Below, piece by piece: positions 29,661 to 32,000 of a DNA stretch of 32,000 nt; within the stretch, counting starts at the first letter, position 1; every line of letters begins with the position of its first letter. Origin of the DNA: Thermodesulfobacteriota bacterium (GTDB lineage: Bacteria > Desulfobacterota > WTBG01 > JAGOGO01); assembly GCA_026625185.1 (NCBI GenBank), contig CP113000.1, positions 1,065,622 through 1,097,621 on the forward strand, read 5' to 3'. Under the pieces are notes generated by a model, which saw nothing but the letters and a program-made list of their open reading frames with translations, was not told the DNA's origin and ran no database searches. Both the position numbers and the translations under genes were made by a program.

Positions 29661-31027
29661 TTGCTGATGATGAAAAGGGTATCAGGGAATTTCTCGAAAT
29701 TACCCTGAAAAAAGAAGGATACGAGGTAACCTTAGCCTCTAATGGCGCTGAGGCGATCTCCCTTTGTGAAAAAAAGAAATTCGATATTATTCTTGCTGAT
29801 ATCAAAATGCCCCAGGGAGACGGCTATACAATTCTGAGGAAAGTAAAAAAGCTCCATCCTGACACTATAGTTATTATGATTACTGCTTACGGATCTCTTG
29901 AATCAGCAATTGAGGCGATGAAAGAAGGCGCCTTTGACTACCTCTCCAAACCCTTTGATGTTAAAGATGTAAAAGCTCTTATCCAAGGCGCATTAGCCAA
30001 ACGGGATTTTAAATTGGAAACCCTAAGTAAAAAACCCCTGGTGGGAAAAGAGCGGTTTGATAACATCATCAGCAACAGTCCGGAGATGCATAAAATCTTT
30101 GCCCTGATCACCAGATCCTCCAGCGCGAAAAGCAATGTCCTTATTATTGGCGAAAGTGGTACGGGTAAGGAATTGGTTGCTCGGGCGATTCATCAGCACA
30201 GCGACAGGAAAGATAAACCCTTTGTAACCATAAATTGCGGTGGAATCCCGGAAAACCTTCTGGAAAGCGAGCTGTTCGGCCACAAAAAAGGCTCTTTTAC
30301 CGGCGCCTTAGCTAATAAGATTGGTCTTTTCGAAGCAGCGTCGGGCGGCACTATTTTCCTTGATGAGATCAGTGATCTTCCCCTTCTCCTCCAAGTCAAA
30401 CTTCTCCGGGTGGTTCAGGAAAAAGTCTTCACTCCTATTGGCGAAACCAAGGAGGTAAATGTAGATGCAAGAATAATCTCGGCTACCAACCAGGACTTGG
30501 AACAAAATGTCATTGCCCGAAAATTTCGGGAAGACCTTTATTACCGTTTAAATGTAATCCAAATAAGGATCCCTCCGCTTCGGGAGCGAAAAATGGATAT
30601 TCCTCTTTTAGCCCAATACTTTCTGGACAAATATTCCCGGGAGATGGGAAAAGAAATTCAACAAATCTCCTCCTATGCGCTTGACACCCTACAAAACTAC
30701 CACTTCCCGGGAAATGTAAGAGAACTGGAAAATATCATTGAGCGAAGTGTTGCCCTCGAAACCACTAATATCATCCTTCCCGAGAGTTTGGCGCTCGCAA
30801 CCCACAAGATGGGGCAAAAAGAGTTGGGGGTGGTTGATATAAACCTGCCACCTGAAGGAATAGATTTAGATGGATTAATTAATAAGCTGGAAAAAAATTT
30901 ATTGCTTAAGGCCCTGGGGGAAACTCAGGGAAAAAAGAACAAAGCCGCTGAGCTTCTCCGAATCTCCTTTCGTTCCTTCCGTTACCGGCTTGAAAAACAT
31001 GGTATTGATGCTCCGGGTGATGAGTAG
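29645..31027 (+). CDS. Sigma-54-dependent response regulator (NtrC family: REC, AAA+ and Fis-type HTH)
   Basis: REC domain (ILVADDE...ILADIKMP...SKPF), AAA+ domain with Walker A GESGTGKE, the GAFTGA-type loop as GSFTGA, Walker B FLDEI and R-finger region, and a C-terminal HTH ([19 protein letters not shown]). The ATG overlaps the carB 3' end by 16 nt. Confidence 0.9.
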   Translation: MYSILVADDEKGIREFLEITLKKEGYEVTLASNGAEAISLCEKKKFDIILADIKMPQGDGYTILRKVKKLHPDTIVIMITAYGSLESAIEAMKEGAFDYLSKPFDVKDVKALIQGALAKRDFKLETLSKKPLVGKERFDNIISNSPEMHKIFALITRSSSAKSNVLIIGESGTGKELVARAIHQHSDRKDKPFVTINCGGIPENLLESELFGHKKGSFTGALANKIGLFEAASGGTIFLDEISDLPLLLQVKLLRVVQEKVFTPIGETKEVNVDARIISATNQDLEQNVIARKFREDLYYRLNVIQIRIPPLRERKMDIPLLAQYFLDKYSREMGKEIQQISSYALDTLQNYHFPGNVRELENIIERSVALETTNIILPESLALATHKMGQKELGVVDINLPPEGIDLDGLINKLEKNLLLKALGETQGKKNKAAELLRISFRSFRYRLEKHGIDAPGDE

Positions 31028-31956
31028 GATAAGACCAGCCCTTCTAAGATTCCTGAGTCAATAACCCGCAAAGCCGAAAATTCAAAAATCTCCATCACTC
31101 CCATAGCAATAATGATCCCCGGGATAATTAAATCCTCGCGTCCCTTTTGCAGTCCTGGTAGTGATAAGCGTTCCGCAACAGTCTTAACAATTAACCCCTG
31201 GAAAATCTCTTTGATCCGTTTTATCTCTACGAGGTGATTAGTCACTTTTCCCCGGTCATACTGAGCTAACTGCAAATCAAGTGCCGCTAAGGTGGTTGGG
31301 GTTCCGGCTATTCCAATCAGAATTATCCGGTGATCACGCTTAAAAGGGTAAAGCGAAGCGCTCTGAAACTGTTTTTTAATCGTCTGAATTTTTGTTGCGA
31401 CAATCTTTTCTATTGCCGTTAATTCTTCTTCCTGAGGAGGGTCGTGATGAAGATATTTCTCCGTGATATGTACTACCCCCAGGTCAATGCTTTCCACCCT
31501 TAAAACGTCAGTCATCCGCGTGAGAATAAACTCGGTGCTTCCGCCCCCAATGTCAAAAATAAAAGCCTCGTCATATTCACAGTCAACCGGTAACAATGCT
31601 CCCCGGCAAGCCAGTTTAGCCTCAGTATCCCCTGAGATGAGAGTGATTTCTATCCCCGTTTGTTCTCGTACTTTATCAATAAAATCCTTTCCATTGTGAG
31701 CGTCCCGAACCACGCTTGTCGCCACCGCAATAATTTTATTGGTTTTACGTTTGGTAATCGATTTTTTAAAATCCCTAAGCGCCTCAAGAGTCCGATCCAT
31801 CGCCTCAGGCGACAATACCCCTCGGGAAGAAAACCCTTCCCCGAGCCGAGTGATCATTTCTTTATGAAAGACCGATGTAAAATTTCTGCCTCCCGCGTAG
31901 TCAGCTATTAAAAGCCGCACGGTGTTTGTTCCCACATCTATTGCCGCGACCCGCAT
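30982..31956 (-). CDS. ppx: Exopolyphosphatase / pppGpp phosphohydrolase family protein (short Ppx/GppA form)
   Basis: MRVAAIDVGTNTVRLLIA...DIGGGSTEF...GIAGTPTTLA are the actin-like ATPase motifs of Ppx/GppA. GGAGGA lies upstream of the ATG. The 3' end overlaps the convergent regulator gene by 46 nt. Confidence 0.88.
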   Translation of the reverse strand: MRVAAIDVGTNTVRLLIADYAGGRNFTSVFHKEMITRLGEGFSSRGVLSPEAMDRTLEALRDFKKSITKRKTNKIIAVATSVVRDAHNGKDFIDKVREQTGIEITLISGDTEAKLACRGALLPVDCEYDEAFIFDIGGGSTEFILTRMTDVLRVESIDLGVVHITEKYLHHDPPQEEELTAIEKIVATKIQTIKKQFQSASLYPFKRDHRIILIGIAGTPTTLAALDLQLAQYDRGKVTNHLVEIKRIKEIFQGLIVKTVAERLSLPGLQKGREDLIIPGIIIAMGVMEIFEFSALRVIDSGILEGLVLSYSSPGASIPCFSSR

Positions 31957-32000
31957 CAGTCCTCCGTTTTGATAATAGTATGAACTGACAGTGGCTACCC

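Overview
This window is mostly core chromosome from an AT-rich, Gram-negative-type bacterium. It is probably an uncultivated lineage. The gene order and the GC-rich palindromic intergenic debris remind me of Desulfobacterota- or Nitrospirota-like genomes, but that placement is low confidence.

Left 17 kb: an almost unbroken minus-strand run of gyrA (partial), gyrB, parB, parA, a parS site, rsmG, a SurA-like PPIase, mfd and an alpha/beta hydrolase. It continues with one plus-strand metallophosphoesterase, truA, and a glycosyltransferase / YdjC-type deacetylase / glycosyltransferase operon.

Right 12 kb: a plus-strand run of lepA-lepB and then pyrB-pyrC-carA-carB behind an attenuator-like leader. 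A sigma-54 response regulator overlaps the carB stop, and a convergent ppx/gppA gene overlaps that regulator.

Between the two blocks (about 17.1-19.7 kb) is the only accessory-looking patch. It holds a frameshifted, truncated IS5-family transposase fragment, a tiny ORF with a very strong SD, a GC-richer orphan Cys-rich 142-aa gene with its own perfect 19-bp palindrome, and an ORF6N/KilA-N-type gene bracketed by 44-bp direct repeats.

I found no CRISPR array, tRNA, rRNA, reverse transcriptase or recognisable defence enzyme. There is no clear-cut novel multi-gene system. The observations most worth a second look are:
- the orphan Cys-rich gene and its operator
- the repeat-bracketed ORF6N cassette
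- CarB carrying a second C-terminal MGS-like domain
- the pyr leader, which has PyrR-type three-hairpin logic although no pyrR gene is adjacent
- several families of GC-rich palindromic intergenic elements, one of them MITE-like

Start codons were re-evaluated by eye where the ORF track begins at TTG or GTG.
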